A DNA stretch of 64,000 bases from Fibrobacterales bacterium (GTDB lineage: Bacteria > Fibrobacterota > Fibrobacteria > Fibrobacterales > JAOPTW01), in contig JAOPTW010000036.1 in NCBI GenBank assembly GCA_051532035.1, positions 83,893 through 147,892 on the forward strand, written 5' to 3'. Under the pieces are notes generated by a model. That model saw only the letters and a list, made by a program, of their open reading frames with translations. It did not search any database and had not been told where the DNA came from. This document shows positions 42,390 through 53,239 of the stretch, piece by piece. The position numbers and the translations under genes were made by a program. Position 1 is the first letter of the stretch. Each line of letters opens with the position of its first letter.

Positions 42390-43274
42390 ATGGATTTTAA
42401 TAGGGCACTCGATCTCTATAAAGCATATATCGCACTTGAGAAAAACCTCTCTTCTGCCTCTCTTGAGTCTTATACCTTGGACCTGGAGTCCTTTATCCGT
42501 TTCTGTGCAACTCAAGGCTCGGGAAGTATCACTATCCCCGAACAGCTTCTTGAGGAATACGTCCAACAACTTTCAGAAGGAGAATATGAGGCAACATCCA
42601 TTGCTCGCCATGTATCGAGTTTACGCAACTTCTACTCCTTTCTCAATAGCCACGGATATATTGATTACAACCCCGCCTCCCTTCTCGACTCCCCAAAAAT
42701 TTCTCGGTACCTTCCTGTCTGTCTAACCCACGACGAAGTACATTCTCTTTTTGATGCTATTGACAAAAGTAAAAAAGGCGGATTACGTGACCTTGTACTA
42801 CTCGAGCTTCTCTATAGTGGAGGCCTTCGTATCTCAGAGGCTATCACATTACCTCTATCTCACATCGATCAAGAAGAAGGACTCCTTCAAGTTATTGGAA
42901 AAGGCAACAAGACTCGCCTTGTACCACTTGGACAGGGCCCCATGAACATACTATTTGAGTACATTACAGAGTTTCGCCCTGCACTGAATCCCAAAACTGA
43001 TACGGTACTCCTCAATCTGAGGGGGGCCCCTCTTTCGCGCATGGGCGCATGGAAAATCATTCAGAAACATTCAGTTCATTTAGATAAAAACATTTCACCT
43101 CACACTCTGAGACACTCCTATGCTACTCATATGCTCGAAGGCGGAATAGACCTCCGTGTTCTTCAAGAGCTCCTTGGTCATTCTGACATCACAACAACTC
43201 AAATTTATACGCACCTCAATAATGACTACATCAAAGAGGTGCATGGGCAATTTCATCCTAGAAACCGCTCATGA
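42390..43274 (+). CDS. xerD: Tyrosine recombinase XerD
   Basis: LYSGGLRISE, GKGNKTRLVP, SPHTLRHSYATH, LRVLQELLGH, TTQIYTH, FHPR tail. Confidence 0.9.
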   Translation: MDFNRALDLYKAYIALEKNLSSASLESYTLDLESFIRFCATQGSGSITIPEQLLEEYVQQLSEGEYEATSIARHVSSLRNFYSFLNSHGYIDYNPASLLDSPKISRYLPVCLTHDEVHSLFDAIDKSKKGGLRDLVLLELLYSGGLRISEAITLPLSHIDQEEGLLQVIGKGNKTRLVPLGQGPMNILFEYITEFRPALNPKTDTVLLNLRGAPLSRMGAWKIIQKHSVHLDKNISPHTLRHSYATHMLEGGIDLRVLQELLGHSDITTTQIYTHLNNDYIKEVHGQFHPRNRS

Positions 43275-43393
43275 TATAGTCATTATTAACCATATAAATA
43301 CATTCAACACAATTATTTTAACAAGAAAGTCGTTTAAGCGCCCAATAGGCCTATTTTCAATATTAAATTGATATGTATTCTCTGACAATTATC

Positions 43394-43422
43394 TTGACTT
43401 ACCATTTCATTAACAATACAAT
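43394..43422 (+). promoter_or_regulatory. Sigma70-type promoter for che operon
   Basis: TTGACT-17 nt-TACAAT, 35 nt upstream of cheA ATG. Confidence 0.6.
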
Positions 43423-43456
43423 AGTGAGATGAAATAGAATTTGCGAGTTTTGTGAT

Positions 43457-46405
43457 ATGTCAGATGAAGATTTAGAGCTTCTCAACGAACTGGTACTCGA
43501 GTCAACCGAGCACATGAATAACATTGAACCTATTTTGCTCAATATGGAGCAGAGTCTTTCTTGTACTCCCGATGAAATTAATGATATTTTTAGGGCGGTA
43601 CATAGTATTAAAGGCGGGTTCGGATTCTTTGGAAAGGTGATTATTACAAAACTTACCCACTCCATGGAAAATGTTTTTGACAAATTAAGAAGTAACAAAA
43701 TAGAACTCTCTAAAGAGTTGATAGATGTTACCCTCACCTGCATGGATAAACTACGAGAACTCTTAGATAATATTGAAGGATCCGACGACCTTAATGTCGA
43801 TGTAGAAGTAGCGTTGCTCCAACCATTTATTGAGGGAACCACTCCTGTTGCTCCCCCTGCAACCGTAGAAACACCCGCACCTGAGGCAGTACCTGCAGAA
43901 ACAGTGCAAGTCGAAGCTGTTCCAACGCCACCTGTACCACCAGTACCGACCCCACCTAAAGCGAAAGTTGCTGAACCTGCTGAAAAAAATGTTGCAGCTC
44001 CCGGATCAGGTGACAAAGACTCACTCCGCGTCAAAGTAAGCTTGCTTAATCACCTTATGAATCATGCGGGAGAATTAGTTCTTAACCGGAATCAACTCCT
44101 ACAGATATTAAGTAAAAAGACCAGTGAAATTCTCGACTTTACATCGATATTTAATGAAGTTGATAAGCTGTCTGAACAGTGTAAGTCATCAACAGGCAAC
44201 TTGGACCTTAACAAACTTGCTACCCGTATTGAGAATCTTAAACAACTTATGATGGGCGTTACAAGCAGTCCAATATCGGATTCCCCAGGAATTGCTGGAA
44301 TTACCCAAAATCTCGACCGTGTAACAACCAACTTACAAGAACAAATCATGAATACCCGCATGCAAACGGTTGGTGGACTCTTTAATAAATTCCCTCGCAT
44401 TGTGCGTGACCTGTCTAAGCAGCTCAGCAAAGAAATCGCCATTCAACTCAACGGGCAAGATGTTGAATTAGATAAATCAATTATTGAAAAACTTTCAGAC
44501 CCACTGGTACACCTTGTGAGAAATTCTGTCGACCACGGCATCGAGGCTCCCGAGGCACGTGAAACGGCGGGGAAAGAGAGAGAGGGTACTATCCACCTAA
44601 ATGCCTACCACGAAGGCGGCAAAGTCAATATTTCTATTCTTGATGATGGCGGCGGCATCGATCAAGGTAAAGTACTACAGAAAGCACTGGAAAAAAACAT
44701 TATAACTGTTGAAGAAGCTGAAAGCCTGACCGAGCAAGAGGTCAATCAACTTATCTTCGCACCCGGTTTTTCGACTGCCGCCGAAATTAGTGCGGTATCA
44801 GGCCGTGGCGTAGGGATGGATGTAGTAAAGACAAACATTGAAGCCCTTGGGGGTTCTATTCAAGTAGAATCCCAAGAAGGTAAAGGGACGCAAATCTATA
44901 TGCGCCTTCCTTTAACTCTTGCCATTATACCAGCACTGATAGTGTCTGCTTCAGGGCGAAGATTTGCAATACCACAAATCGCTCTTGAAGAACTCGTCCG
45001 TATTAGGTCGTCAGAAATTACCGATAAAATTAAAAATGTAAATAATGCAGAAGTTCTCTTTTTAAGGGGCAACTTACTTCCACTCGTTCGTCTTTCTGAC
45101 GCACTTAAAACAGAATCAATTTTCCCCGGCCCTGATGGTGAACTTCATGAGGATCGTCGAAATCGAATCTCAGATAGAAGGCATGATGTAAACCTTAAAA
45201 ACCTCAGTGAAAAAGAAGCACATGAGATTAATGAGGCAGAAAACGCAGCACAGATTCAAATTGAAAATGATCGACGTACTGAAAATAAAGATCGCAGGAA
45301 AAGTGTGAGAAATGCAATCAATATTTTGGTACTCAAAGTAGGCGAGCATAGATACGGGCTTATTGTTGACGAAGTACATGACAATGAAGAGATCGTTATT
45401 AAGCCTCTGTCAAAATATGTTAAAAAAGTAAAATGTTACTCAGGGTCAGCAATTCTTGGCAATGGGTCAGTTGCCATGATTGTCGATACTGGTGGCCTAT
45501 CAGAGATGTCTCTCATGAGTTTTTCTGATATCGATATTGAATCTAATCGTCTTAAAGAAGAAACCGAAGCAAAAAGCATGATTGAAAAACAAGAACTACT
45601 GCTCTTTAATACTGGTGGTAAAGAGCGTTTTGCAATGAACCTCGATCTTGTTGCCCGTGTCGAAAAAATATCAATTGACCAAATTGAAAAAGTAGGTGAA
45701 GACGAATTTATATATTTCAATGATAAATCTTTAAAAACTATTCGACTGGATAAACATCTTCCCGTCTCACCATTGGTCATACCCGAAAGTAATGAATGTT
45801 ATATTATTATTCCTAAACTAGTGAAACATCCACTCGGAATCATCTGCTCTAATTTAGATGACACCCTGCGCACTCATGTTTCTCTTGAGAAGGATAACAT
45901 TAACTCTCCAGGAATTTTGGGTAGTGCAAAAATAAAAGACACGATGACTCTTATTATCGATATCTATTCACTTTTTGAAAAAATAGCACCAGAACAATAT
46001 GAGAAGGATGTTCAAACAACAGAAACCCTCGAAGGCAAAAAAATACTCTTTGCAGAAGACACCGACTTTTTTAGACAAGTTGTTGGAAACTTTTTGCGAT
46101 CTCATGGTGCTATACTTACTGTCGCTAATGATGGTCAAGAAGCGTGGGAACACCTCGCCAAAGGTGAAACATTTGATGCACTGGTAACTGACATTCAAAT
46201 GCCTCGTATGGACGGATTTCAATTGACACAAAAAATCAGAACCAGTTCTCACTGCAAAGACCTCCCCATAATGGCACTCACATCAATGGCTAATCAAGCC
46301 TACATTGATAAAGGGAAAGAGGTCGGTATTGATGCATATGAAATTAAACTTGATAAAGAGCGCCAGAGACAACGTCTCGAAGAACTCGTAAGTGGAAAAG
46401 GATAA
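43457..46405 (+). CDS. cheA: Hybrid chemotaxis histidine kinase CheA (HPt-kinase-2xCheW-REC)
   Basis: FRAVHSIKG, Pro-rich linker, HLVRNSVDHGIE, PGFSTA, SGRGVGMDVV, C-terminal TDIQMP receiver. Confidence 0.96.
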   Translation: MSDEDLELLNELVLESTEHMNNIEPILLNMEQSLSCTPDEINDIFRAVHSIKGGFGFFGKVIITKLTHSMENVFDKLRSNKIELSKELIDVTLTCMDKLRELLDNIEGSDDLNVDVEVALLQPFIEGTTPVAPPATVETPAPEAVPAETVQVEAVPTPPVPPVPTPPKAKVAEPAEKNVAAPGSGDKDSLRVKVSLLNHLMNHAGELVLNRNQLLQILSKKTSEILDFTSIFNEVDKLSEQCKSSTGNLDLNKLATRIENLKQLMMGVTSSPISDSPGIAGITQNLDRVTTNLQEQIMNTRMQTVGGLFNKFPRIVRDLSKQLSKEIAIQLNGQDVELDKSIIEKLSDPLVHLVRNSVDHGIEAPEARETAGKEREGTIHLNAYHEGGKVNISILDDGGGIDQGKVLQKALEKNIITVEEAESLTEQEVNQLIFAPGFSTAAEISAVSGRGVGMDVVKTNIEALGGSIQVESQEGKGTQIYMRLPLTLAIIPALIVSASGRRFAIPQIALEELVRIRSSEITDKIKNVNNAEVLFLRGNLLPLVRLSDALKTESIFPGPDGELHEDRRNRISDRRHDVNLKNLSEKEAHEINEAENAAQIQIENDRRTENKDRRKSVRNAINILVLKVGEHRYGLIVDEVHDNEEIVIKPLSKYVKKVKCYSGSAILGNGSVAMIVDTGGLSEMSLMSFSDIDIESNRLKEETEAKSMIEKQELLLFNTGGKERFAMNLDLVARVEKISIDQIEKVGEDEFIYFNDKSLKTIRLDKHLPVSPLVIPESNECYIIIPKLVKHPLGIICSNLDDTLRTHVSLEKDNINSPGILGSAKIKDTMTLIIDIYSLFEKIAPEQYEKDVQTTETLEGKKILFAEDTDFFRQVVGNFLRSHGAILTVANDGQEAWEHLAKGETFDALVTDIQMPRMDGFQLTQKIRTSSHCKDLPIMALTSMANQAYIDKGKEVGIDAYEIKLDKERQRQRLEELVSGKG

Positions 46406-46407
46406 GC

Positions 46408-46878
46408 ATGGCAGCGCAACAGTATACGACATTTAGGGTTGGAAAATACCTCTTTGGATTAAATATCTTGCTCATTAGAGAGATCAATAGAAATACCGAA
46501 CTCACCAAAGTCGACCTTACGGATGATTTTATTCTTGGCCTTATGAATTTAAGGGGAGAGATCATTACTATTCTTGATCTAGGAAAACGTATTGGTACAA
46601 CCACGGAAAATTACAATGAATCTTCCCGTTGTATTATACTAAAAACAGGTAAAGAATTTGCTGCAATAAACGACCTCCTTAACAATATGGCCTATAAATG
46701 TGACGACCTTGTTGGGCTTATGGTAAATGAGATTGGGGACATCATCTCCATTGATGATAGTGAGATCACTAATCCACCTGCAAACTTCACCATTGAGTCT
46801 AAGTTTTTATCAGGGGTCTATCAATCTGAATCACAGTTACTTCTATTATTGAATCCTAACTCTGTTTTAAATGATTAA
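46408..46878 (+). CDS. cheW: Chemotaxis coupling protein CheW
   Basis: IREI, GLMNLRGEIITILDL; operon context. Confidence 0.92.
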   Translation: MAAQQYTTFRVGKYLFGLNILLIREINRNTELTKVDLTDDFILGLMNLRGEIITILDLGKRIGTTTENYNESSRCIILKTGKEFAAINDLLNNMAYKCDDLVGLMVNEIGDIISIDDSEITNPPANFTIESKFLSGVYQSESQLLLLLNPNSVLND

Positions 46879-46880
46879 TT

Positions 46881-47969
46881 ATGGTCCAAACCTACCCTGT
46901 ACTCATAGTCGATGATAGTGTTATTTACCGGAAGAGCCTCTCTGATATTATCACTCAAATAGCTGAGTGTACTACTATTCATACCGCTCCCAATGCCGAA
47001 ATAGCACTGAAAAAAATAGAGGCAACTCAATATGCCCTCGTTTTTTCTGACATCAACATGCCAGGGATGAATGGTTTTGAGCTTCAAAAAAAAATAAAAG
47101 TGAATAACCCCAAAATCCAAGTGATTCTTATGAGCAGTGAAAATTACTCACAAGCATCTCTCACAATCGAGGCATTGAATAATGGTGCGGTGGATTTTAT
47201 TCAAAAACCAACTGATGGTTCTCATGATTCTAATAAAAAGGATTTAGAGAAACAAGTGCATACCCTCTTTAAAACCTTACACCCCTCTATAACATTTAAA
47301 AATGAACGTCATGTAGCTCCTGTAAAACCAACCATTATTTCTCCTACTACTCGACCAACTTTTTCTAAACCAACAACCTCAATTCCCGCCCGTTCTGCCT
47401 ATGCACTACTGGCAATCGGCGTTTCCACTGGTGGCCCACAGGCACTCGGTAAAATAATTCCCTTACTTCCCCCAAATATTAAAGTACCCATTGTGATTGT
47501 CCAGCATATGCCTGCCAATTTCACTAAATCTCTTGCTGAATCTTTAGACAAAAAATCAGAGTTACTCGTAACCGAGGCCGCTCATGGCGATATTCTAAAA
47601 CCGGGAACCGTCTATATTGCCCCTGGCGGTAAACAGATGGCTATCCAAAAAGATGGATTAAGTAGTAAAATTATTATCTCTGATGCCCCCCCCGAAAATA
47701 GTTGTAAACCTGCCGTTGATTACACTTTTCGTTCAATCTCAAAATCCTACCTCAATGAACCAATTCTATCTATGATATTGACTGGTATGGGCTCGGATGG
47801 ATGCGGTGGAATCTCACTCCTTAAAAGCAATAAAGCGTACTGTATCACTCAATCGGCTAAAAGCTGTGTCGTCTATGGCATGCCCAAAGCAGTTGATGAT
47901 GCAGGTTTGAGCGATATCTCCATTGATATTGACCAGATCGCCCCAAAGCTACGGGAGTTACTAACCTAA
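46881..47969 (+). CDS. cheB: Chemotaxis methylesterase CheB
   Basis: REC (DINMP) plus GVSTGGP, VQHMP, LTGMGSDG, VYGMP. Confidence 0.95.
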   Translation: MVQTYPVLIVDDSVIYRKSLSDIITQIAECTTIHTAPNAEIALKKIEATQYALVFSDINMPGMNGFELQKKIKVNNPKIQVILMSSENYSQASLTIEALNNGAVDFIQKPTDGSHDSNKKDLEKQVHTLFKTLHPSITFKNERHVAPVKPTIISPTTRPTFSKPTTSIPARSAYALLAIGVSTGGPQALGKIIPLLPPNIKVPIVIVQHMPANFTKSLAESLDKKSELLVTEAAHGDILKPGTVYIAPGGKQMAIQKDGLSSKIIISDAPPENSCKPAVDYTFRSISKSYLNEPILSMILTGMGSDGCGGISLLKSNKAYCITQSAKSCVVYGMPKAVDDAGLSDISIDIDQIAPKLRELLT

Positions 47970-48823
47970 TGTTTACCCTTAAGCTCAACGCCAACGAATT
48001 CACCTTGTTTCAAACATTTATTCATACGAAAACAGGTATTTTTATTGAGCCCACCAAGCAGTATCTCATTGAGCAACGCCTCTCTAAAATCGCATTTCAA
48101 TACAAATGCATGAGTTTTATAGAATTCTACAATAAACTTGCTACTGGTGGCCCTACTATAATTAATGAAGTAATTGACGCAATTACAACCAATGAGACCC
48201 TATGGTTCAGAGATAAAAAACCTTTCGAGCTCCTTGAAGCGACACTTATCCCTCGATTTGTAGACTTGCTCAAAGCGGGCAAGATACCCAAAATTAGAAT
48301 TTGGTGTGCCGCCTCATCAAGCGGTCAAGAGCCCTACTCCATTGCTATGATTATCACTGAAATGGAGAAGACCTATCCACAACTAAGGGGGAAAGTTGAA
48401 ATTGTTGCAAGTGATATTTCAGAAGAGATATTAAAACAAGCTGAGACTGGTATTTACAACAAAATCAGTATCTCCCGCGGCCTCCCTCCCAATCTTCTGG
48501 AAAGATTTTTTAAAGTGCACGACGAAAACAACTGGGAGTTGGTGGATCAAATCAAACGAATGGTAACCTTCAAACGCATCAATCTCATAGATCATTTTAG
48601 AATACTCGGGCATTTTCAAATTGTATTTTGTCGCAATGTACTTATTTATTTTAATAGCGAAACTAAGGTTGCAATCTACAGTAAAATGTATGATCTACTC
48701 AAACCAAACGGCGTGCTCGTCATAGGAGCTTCAGAGACTATAAACAATGTCACTGATAAGTTCAAGATATCTCATGGCGAAAAAGGTATGGTATCTGGTA
48801 TTTTTTACGAGCCGATAGATTAG
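47969..48823 (+). CDS. cheR: Chemotaxis methyltransferase CheR
   Basis: TTNETLWFRD, IWCAASSSGQEPYS, FCRNVLIYF, GASE. Confidence 0.95.
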   Translation: MFTLKLNANEFTLFQTFIHTKTGIFIEPTKQYLIEQRLSKIAFQYKCMSFIEFYNKLATGGPTIINEVIDAITTNETLWFRDKKPFELLEATLIPRFVDLLKAGKIPKIRIWCAASSSGQEPYSIAMIITEMEKTYPQLRGKVEIVASDISEEILKQAETGIYNKISISRGLPPNLLERFFKVHDENNWELVDQIKRMVTFKRINLIDHFRILGHFQIVFCRNVLIYFNSETKVAIYSKMYDLLKPNGVLVIGASETINNVTDKFKISHGEKGMVSGIFYEPID

Positions 48824-48826
48824 GTA

Positions 48827-50212
48827 CTACCCTACTATTGGTGTTCCGAAAACCGAAAAGATAGCACTTACTACACTCAAATAAATGGTTAACCCAACAA
48901 TATCGGTCGTTACCATAATTATCGGACCCGAACTTATCGCCGGATCTATTTTAAAATAGGTAAACATGAGTGGAGCGATCCCACCCATCACTGCAGCAAA
49001 GCACATCGCACCAAACACCCCAATACCAACGCCCAGTGCAAGAGATAGTGTGCTCACATCTGAAAACTGCGCCACCACAAACAAAAGTACAAATGCAAGT
49101 ACCCCAAAGATTGCGGCGTTCACCCACCCCGTAAGTATCTCTTTTTTAATACTCTCTTGTAAGTGATGAGAACTAAACTCTTGATTAACTAACTCTCTCA
49201 CAATAATAGTTGCGCTCTGAACACCAACATTACCCGCAATAGCCATTACAAAAGGGACAAATGATGTCACTATTTTATTCACCCCAAAGAGATTCATGAT
49301 AACTGCTGCAATACTCCCACCAATTAAGGTACTCGCAAGCCAAGGCACCCGATGTACTACCCGTCCAAACACTCCTCTGCCTGACGGATCTCCTGTGGTA
49401 CCCACCATGTGATAAAAGTCTTCATCAACAATAGTACGCACTTCATCAAGAACATCATCTGCGGTAATAATCCCTACCATTTTACCACCATTATCAGTAA
49501 CGGGTAATACTGAAAGACTATGGTGAGTCATCATCTGATACACCTCTTCAGTTGGGCTCGTATCAGCAATGGTTATCACATCTTCATCAATATGTTTCAG
49601 CAAAAAAGATTTCTCAGGAAGTACCAGTAAGTCTTTTACATCAAACATACCGAGTATTTTACCACCCTCAGTTAATACAAAACCCGTATCAATAGTTTCA
49701 AGGTCAGAGTCACTATCTCTTAAAATTGAGAGTACATCACTAACGCGAGCATGGGATTTTACTTCAAGGAAATCGGTCGTCATTAAACTACCAGCAGAAC
49801 CCTCACGATATTTTCGGAGTGTACGAATTTCAATAGCTTTTTCAGCTTCTAATTTATTGAGAACCTGATCTACTTTTTCACTTTCAAGTTCTTCCAGGGT
49901 ATCGACCGCTTCATCAGGCGCCATATCGTGGATGTAGGCAACTAATTCATCAGTATGTATTACGGAAAGTACATTTTTAAGAGGTTCGCCTTCAAGAAAC
50001 GAAATGAGTTCCATTTTATCTTCACTGGAACTTAAGGAACTATAGAGTGTAATCTGTTCTTCAAAAGAGCAGTCATTGAGAACTGCCGCTAGGTCTGCCG
50101 GTTGAATGGTATCGATCCATTCTGGCAAATGAGTTTTATACTCCTCAGAACTGAGAATATCCTGAAGTGTACCATAGAGACGTTCAAAATTTTCTTGCTG
50201 ATTTTGTGGCAT
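48827..50212 (-). CDS. mgtE: Magnesium transporter MgtE
   Basis: MAPDEAVD, SAGSLMT, CBS pair, R.PWL, AGNVGVQ, DPAISSGP...TTD; start set at ATG 50212. Confidence 0.93.
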   Translation of the reverse strand: MPQNQQENFERLYGTLQDILSSEEYKTHLPEWIDTIQPADLAAVLNDCSFEEQITLYSSLSSSEDKMELISFLEGEPLKNVLSVIHTDELVAYIHDMAPDEAVDTLEELESEKVDQVLNKLEAEKAIEIRTLRKYREGSAGSLMTTDFLEVKSHARVSDVLSILRDSDSDLETIDTGFVLTEGGKILGMFDVKDLLVLPEKSFLLKHIDEDVITIADTSPTEEVYQMMTHHSLSVLPVTDNGGKMVGIITADDVLDEVRTIVDEDFYHMVGTTGDPSGRGVFGRVVHRVPWLASTLIGGSIAAVIMNLFGVNKIVTSFVPFVMAIAGNVGVQSATIIVRELVNQEFSSHHLQESIKKEILTGWVNAAIFGVLAFVLLFVVAQFSDVSTLSLALGVGIGVFGAMCFAAVMGGIAPLMFTYFKIDPAISSGPIIMVTTDIVGLTIYLSVVSAIFSVFGTPIVG

Positions 50213-50397
50213 ATGCGGCCCCCTGTTCAGTCTGCAGCCCAAAGGTAGGTCAATAGTATTGATTATACCACCATTTTTGATAATTTCCGTCAAAATCTCC
50301 ATATTTACATTTTTATAAATCAACCAAAAGAATCACTGTAAAGCCACTCCACTATCCGTGGTCATTTATGCTATATTTTTCCTAAAAAGAATTCACT

Positions 50398-51321
50398 ATG
50401 CATGATACCGTATCTATTCAGGGAACAACTATCCGACTTTCACCTCCACTTGATGTGAAGCCCGAATGGATAGCTCAAAAAGAACCCCTCAACCAACTTA
50501 CTGCTTGTTGGTTAAAAATATCTGAAACCGATTTACCGCTTACCCCTCGTCTTATAGGCCCACCGGGACTCGGCAAAACGACCCTTGCAATGGCTGCTGG
50601 TACCGCATTTAATCAAAACATTTTCCTCATGCAGTGTTCTGCAGATACCCGCCCCGAAGATCTTATAATTACACCGGTGCTGGGTGAAGAAGGATCGATA
50701 TCATATCATGCGTCACCTTTGCTGAGTGCTGCAATTTCTGGTGGCGTTGCTATCCTCGATGAAGGCAATCGTATGTCCGAAAAATCATGGGCTTCTCTTG
50801 CCGGACTTCTCGATCATCGTCGGTCAGCAGAATCAATTATTGCCGGCATTACGATTAATGCTCACCCAGAGTTTCGTTGTGTCGTTACTATGAATGACGA
50901 TTCATCAACCTTTGAAATTCCCGATTATATTATGTCACGCCTTCAGCCAGCTATTGAGATACCCTTTCCTAAGCGCGAAGAAGAACTACAAATCCTGAAG
51001 TACAATATCCCTGATGCCAAAGAGGACATATTAGAACTCTGTGTCAATTTTTTGCAACAAGCACACAATCTTGATCTCCCTTATTCTATTCGCGATGGCA
51101 TAAACTCAATTCGGTATACCTTAAAACTCAGTCATAATTCCGATCGTTCATTGATAGATCTTTTTGAACAGGCAATAACTCAAATACTGGGTAAAGATGC
51201 CCTCGACCTCGAGGAACTGGCCAATAAACGGAGACTCATTTATCCAAATATGCCAGAAATGGACATGGGTGAATTCTTTTTTGGAGATGATGATCAAGAC
51301 CTAAACCCTGACCATGATTAG
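50398..51321 (+). CDS. MoxR-family AAA+ ATPase
   Basis: GPPGLGKTT, CSADTRPEDL, ILDEGNR, HPEFR, TMN, YSIRD. Confidence 0.88.
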   Translation: MHDTVSIQGTTIRLSPPLDVKPEWIAQKEPLNQLTACWLKISETDLPLTPRLIGPPGLGKTTLAMAAGTAFNQNIFLMQCSADTRPEDLIITPVLGEEGSISYHASPLLSAAISGGVAILDEGNRMSEKSWASLAGLLDHRRSAESIIAGITINAHPEFRCVVTMNDDSSTFEIPDYIMSRLQPAIEIPFPKREEELQILKYNIPDAKEDILELCVNFLQQAHNLDLPYSIRDGINSIRYTLKLSHNSDRSLIDLFEQAITQILGKDALDLEELANKRRLIYPNMPEMDMGEFFFGDDDQDLNPDHD

Positions 51322-53116
51322 CCTTTCCCCCTCAATAACAGTACTACCCGTGGTTCACGGAAAAGTTGCTTTTTCAAACTATCTGAGAGACGAACTCCTC
51401 AATCGGTCATTTGATTGTATAGCAATTGAACTTCCCCCAATAGTTTGGGATGAGGTTCAAAAAGCTATTGAAGCCCTTCCGATTATACAAGCAGTGGTAA
51501 TGAAGTATGACAACCATACTTGTTTTATCCCCATAGATCCCTGCGACTCTATAATCGAAGCAGCACGACAGGGCTTACAAAACAATATCCCAATACATTG
51601 TATTGACCACAATGACCCTCCAGAGCTGAGTGAAACACCGTACCTCCCTGACCCCTATGCAATAACAAAAATTGGTTTTGACGACTACTATACACTCTGT
51701 AAAAAGGTTCTTCAAAAAACAACTCCAAAAGTCCCTTCTCGATCAAAGCTCAATCGTGAACGAATGATGGCTCAAAACCTTCTTACTTTGGAAAAAAAAT
51801 ATTCAAACATTTTGGTTGTCTGTGGAATGAATCACATACTCGGTTTAGAAAAACTCATCTATGCCAACGCCTTTTCTGACCTCACTAATAGTACACCACT
51901 CTGTACCATAACTCGCTTCCCCATTAATCCTGACCACCTCTATTTTTGTCTTGGAGAACTCCCCTTTTATACTGGGCTTCACGAAGTAAGTCGTCACGAT
52001 ATTTTTGCCGAACGACCAGATCTCCCGGAACTTTTAAAGCGACTTTTTATTGATACCCGCGAGCAATTTGTAAGAGACTCAGTACAAGGGACTCGAGTAT
52101 CTCCTCATAGAATCCAAACAGCCCTCACCTATATTCGAAATCTTACGTATCTTAACAAAAGACTTTCTCCGGGGCTTATTGATATTATTGACGCTGCAAA
52201 AGGGGTATTTGATGACCGTTTTGCACTTAATGTACTCAAAGCTGCTAAGCACTACCCGTTTATCAATCCCGAAGATGACCAAACTCTTGGTGTCGGTCTT
52301 GGACAAATCAAAGAACCTTTTGGCGAAAGTGAAGAGGCTGAGAATCTATTCGCAGACCTCAATCTTGAATGGAAAACCTTAAAACTAAAACAGGACCCTG
52401 CTCAAGAACAGAAAAAAAAGTACCGCTATACGTGGAACCCATATTCAATGTGTTCGCACCTTCCCGAAGATACTCGAATCGAAAACTTTAACTCCCATAT
52501 TCGCCGTTCTGCCCTCAAACAACTCAGTGCCTTAAATATCAAATCCGAAGAGTTCTTAACCTCTGTAAAAGATGGCATCGACATCAGAGAAACATTACGA
52601 AATTGGCATACTAAAAAAATCTACGTCAAAGAGATTCCACCAGGACGGTCACACATCGATACTGTTGTCATTATATTCGACGATGCCAATGACAAGAACT
52701 ACCCGCATCAAACCGTTTGGTTTGCAGAGCATGAAGAAGAATCAACCCTCACCTTTTTTGGCACAGACCCTATGAGTGACCTCATTGGACCTGGGGTTGC
52801 TCGCGCTCAATATGGGGGACTATCACTCCTTTTCCCACCAAGACCGGTTAACAACCCTTTTAAGCGAGAAGGAAAGACCTTGACTGAACAGTTGCTACAC
52901 GGTGCCTGTGTGAATGCAGCAGATAAAAACATAGCATACGTTGCAGCTAAAAAGCCAACTCCAGCCCTAAACAAAATCGCTCGGAAGTACAAAAAGAACC
53001 TCATCTGGATGCCCTTCGCAAAATTCAGCACCGAAACACTCAATCAACTCAGAACGTTTCACGTATTGAACGACAAAGAAGTTCGCACCATCGCCACAAG
53101 GTTCATAGGATTCTAA
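51314..53116 (+). CDS. Conserved hypothetical MoxR partner (TraB/ChaN-like N-terminal domain)
   Basis: VLPVVHG, IAIELP, CID, RERMMA, VVCGMNH; DIRETLR motif; overlaps ATPase stop. Confidence 0.7.
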   Translation: MISLSPSITVLPVVHGKVAFSNYLRDELLNRSFDCIAIELPPIVWDEVQKAIEALPIIQAVVMKYDNHTCFIPIDPCDSIIEAARQGLQNNIPIHCIDHNDPPELSETPYLPDPYAITKIGFDDYYTLCKKVLQKTTPKVPSRSKLNRERMMAQNLLTLEKKYSNILVVCGMNHILGLEKLIYANAFSDLTNSTPLCTITRFPINPDHLYFCLGELPFYTGLHEVSRHDIFAERPDLPELLKRLFIDTREQFVRDSVQGTRVSPHRIQTALTYIRNLTYLNKRLSPGLIDIIDAAKGVFDDRFALNVLKAAKHYPFINPEDDQTLGVGLGQIKEPFGESEEAENLFADLNLEWKTLKLKQDPAQEQKKKYRYTWNPYSMCSHLPEDTRIENFNSHIRRSALKQLSALNIKSEEFLTSVKDGIDIRETLRNWHTKKIYVKEIPPGRSHIDTVVIIFDDANDKNYPHQTVWFAEHEEESTLTFFGTDPMSDLIGPGVARAQYGGLSLLFPPRPVNNPFKREGKTLTEQLLHGACVNAADKNIAYVAAKKPTPALNKIARKYKKNLIWMPFAKFSTETLNQLRTFHVLNDKEVRTIATRFIGF

Positions 53117-53239
53117 AAGTCGAGATGCAACGATACTCCTGCGAAGTATCAAGCAACAACCCCAAATATTAAAAAAGCAAAGGCACTTCAAAGAAGTGCC
53201 GAGCAATATGAAGTGCCGAACGATAGAGTTTTTATTCAT

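Noticed and set aside
42390..43274. Mobile-element integrase
   Set aside because: Canonical XerD features (FHPR tail) in a housekeeping context.
43399..44034. 211-aa Gly/Thr/Ser-rich minus-strand ORF
   Set aside because: Antisense of the CheA HPt domain and Pro/Ala linker.
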